The notes under the pieces are model-generated. The model was not told the DNA's origin. It did not search any database and saw only the letters and a list, made by a program, of their open reading frames with translations. Below, in pieces: positions 37,554 to 39,654 of a stretch of 39,654 nucleotides of DNA; the first letter of the stretch is position 1; every line of letters starts with the position of its first letter. Location of the stretch: assembly GCA_003229935.1 (NCBI GenBank), contig QIGD01000012.1, positions 1-39,654 on the forward strand. The letters run 5' to 3'. The translations under genes were made by a program, and so were the position numbers. Source of the stretch: Methanobacteriota archaeon. Its GTDB lineage: Archaea; Hydrothermarchaeota; Hydrothermarchaeia; Hydrothermarchaeales; BMS3B.

Positions 37554-38483
37554 TTGAAAGCAGGAATAATTCTGGCTGGTGGAAAGGCAGAACGCTTTGG
37601 AAGTGATAAAGCACTTGCAAAATTAAATGGTGAAGTTCTTATAAAGCATGTACATAGTGCCCTCAAGGAAAGTGTTGATAGAGTATTTATATGTGTTGAC
37701 AGTGAGGAAAAAATAAGAAAATACCGATTTTTGAAGGATGATATTACTGAATTTATTGTAGATATGGCAGAAGATTTTTCCAAGGGACCTCTAAGAGGTA
37801 TATTAACCGGAGTCAGAAATATAGAAGGAGAATATTTTCTTGTCACATCAACTGATGTTCCATTTATAAAACCAGAAGCTATAGATATTCTTTTTGAAAA
37901 GGCACAGAATGTAGAGGCTGCTCTGCCTGTATGGAGTACCAGTATTATGGAACCTCTATTTGCCGTATATAGTCAAAAAGCTGTAGAAAGGATAAGTGAT
38001 TATATGCATCGTTATTCTACAACCACAGGTAAAAACCCATGGGCTATAGATTTAATAAGGAGTTTTGATAAAATATCTCTAATAGAAGTTAGAAATATTG
38101 ATAGTACTCTTGGTTCCTTTATAAATATCAACACAAAAGATATGCTTGAAAGCTTAAATTACACTGGAGCAGAGGAGGCAAATAAGCAGGTGAAAGGTAA
38201 TGGTGGTAACAGAATACTTGTAAATAAACCTGCATCAAACTTTTTTAGAAAGGGTATAGAATACGAGATTCGTGCCTGTATTGACTCTGATAAATCTCTA
38301 TACAATGCTGCGGCACGATACTTCAGAAAGGAAGCAGATTTTTATTATCGTAATGATATACTATTTCTTGCAGCAAGGGCAAGAATGTCGGAATATCAGT
38401 GCTATGAAAGGGCTGCTCAACTTTCAAAGAATGAGTATTCCAGCCTTTTTCAGAGGATAGGTATAAGGAAAAAGAAGACTTAA
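37554..38483 (+). CDS. mobA: Molybdenum cofactor guanylyltransferase with helical C-terminal extension
   Basis: ILAGGKAERFGSDKA, GPLRGI, DVPF, EPLFAVY, NINT; TTG start. Confidence 0.88.
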   Translation: MKAGIILAGGKAERFGSDKALAKLNGEVLIKHVHSALKESVDRVFICVDSEEKIRKYRFLKDDITEFIVDMAEDFSKGPLRGILTGVRNIEGEYFLVTSTDVPFIKPEAIDILFEKAQNVEAALPVWSTSIMEPLFAVYSQKAVERISDYMHRYSTTTGKNPWAIDLIRSFDKISLIEVRNIDSTLGSFININTKDMLESLNYTGAEEANKQVKGNGGNRILVNKPASNFFRKGIEYEIRACIDSDKSLYNAAARYFRKEADFYYRNDILFLAARARMSEYQCYERAAQLSKNEYSSLFQRIGIRKKKT

Positions 38484-39613
38484 AAGAGCCCCAGTTTCTC
38501 ATGCTTTGTCCACACATCAAAGCCTCTGACTATACTTTTAACAAATTCCCTCTTTTCTCTATTATCGCCTGGAATCTCACAGTTAAAGCGTGTTCTGAAA
38601 AGTGCCACAAATGCTCCACCTCTTCCAGTGTCAACGTAATCCTGCAGAATCTTTTTATTTTCTAAAGCCATCTCTTTAATTTTATTGTCTTCCATATGAA
38701 TTATAATCCATTCCATCTGAGAGAACCTGAAGCACAACTCAGAAATCTCAGCAAACCTCTCTTCACAGGTTAAGCTGAAAAAATACTCTTTTGAAGGTGC
38801 TGGAAAATTTTCAATTAGACTCTTCGTAATCTCCACTTCAGAATTTATTACCTCATTTATTCTTTCCTCTATGACTTTTTCTGTAAATATAATCCTCTCG
38901 GCAAAATTTATTGCATTATGTTCAAATAGTGATAGAAGTTCGCCTTCCTCCCTCTGAAACCCCATATTCAATGAGGTTCTGAGATAGTTCATGTACAGGT
39001 GAGAGGGTATCAAAAGACTAAATATTTTCAATGCATATTTACTCTGCACATTGTCAAAAATAAACACAATAATACCAGGGGGTGTTACAACCACGTTATG
39101 CTCAGATTCACTCTCCCAAGAGGTTATAACTACCCCTTCAATGCCAATTTCTTCAAGCTTCCTCACTCCCAGACGAGACATAAATTTAAGGGATACCTCT
39201 TTGAAGATATCTGCATATTCATCTTTCAGAGTATTTATCACAGGAATACCAAAGATTTCTTTTCTTGCATATAATTTCAAAGCACAATTAGGGCAAATAG
39301 GAATTCCATCTTTCTCCAGAAGAATCCTGCCGCTTTTATGGCATGATGTACAATAAAACTCCTCTATATCCTGCTTCAGTGATGGGCAATCCTTTATGTG
39401 CCTTCTTATTCTCTCTCTGGAGACGAAGCTCTTTCCACACCTGCACTCCAATTTTGTTCTGATAACTTTCCATGATACTCTTCCTCTGCCATTCTGAAGC
39501 TTTCTATCGCATAGGTGCTTTATGTGGCTTTCAAGTTCAGATTTCTTCACCACCACCCCACAGTAGGGACATTTAGAAGTATATGTGCCATCCAGGATTA
39601 CAGAGAACTTCAT
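38480..39613 (-). CDS. Hypothetical protein with three N-terminal zinc-finger-like modules
   Basis: CPYC..H..C, CRC..H..C, CTSC..CPNC. Confidence 0.7.
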   Translation of the reverse strand: MKFSVILDGTYTSKCPYCGVVVKKSELESHIKHLCDRKLQNGRGRVSWKVIRTKLECRCGKSFVSRERIRRHIKDCPSLKQDIEEFYCTSCHKSGRILLEKDGIPICPNCALKLYARKEIFGIPVINTLKDEYADIFKEVSLKFMSRLGVRKLEEIGIEGVVITSWESESEHNVVVTPPGIIVFIFDNVQSKYALKIFSLLIPSHLYMNYLRTSLNMGFQREEGELLSLFEHNAINFAERIIFTEKVIEERINEVINSEVEITKSLIENFPAPSKEYFFSLTCEERFAEISELCFRFSQMEWIIIHMEDNKIKEMALENKKILQDYVDTGRGGAFVALFRTRFNCEIPGDNREKREFVKSIVRGFDVWTKHEKLGLF

Positions 39614-39654
39614 AGTTCATAAAGATTTTATATTATATATAAAAATGTCGATTT

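Noticed and set aside
1..39654. CRISPR array
   Set aside because: No regularly spaced direct repeats seen; the repeats are dispersed IS-end hairpins

Overview
Low-GC archaeal (euryarchaeal-type) chromosomal segment; cofC, hdrBC, EhaR-like and Tfx genes suggest a Methanobacteriati-type anaerobe such as Ca. Hydrothermarchaeota (inference only). The backbone is housekeeping: ino1, rnz, trm11, htrA, cofC, MutS-like ATPase, cca, Lrp-korDABC, rlmE, hdrBC, trpF, aroDE, nadC, pncA, the rpl18e-rpl13-rps9-rpoN-tRNA(Pro)-rpoK-eno-rps2 operon, thiL, and a tfx-modABC-queD-like-mobA block. The unusual content lies between the genes. The window has no intact transposase or nuclease, but carries about a dozen small mobile remnants: (i) two IscB-type omegaRNA (HEARO-like) cassettes that keep both ends and the whole RNA but have lost the nuclease, one of them cleanly splitting a DUF59 gene; (ii) an equivalent TnpB guide-only cassette; (iii) 46-47 bp single-hairpin derivatives of both element types; (iv) a 102-bp TIR element whose ends appear three times, always in the 4-nt loop of the IS200/IS605 terminal hairpin, i.e. 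a candidate site-specific hyperparasite; (v) IS1 and IS481-like remnants and a second MITE. Also seen: a phosphoesterase/LMW-phosphatase fusion broken by a 10-bp tandem duplication and a tRNA-Pro(GGG) with C33. All family assignments come from motif recognition by eye; no searches were run.
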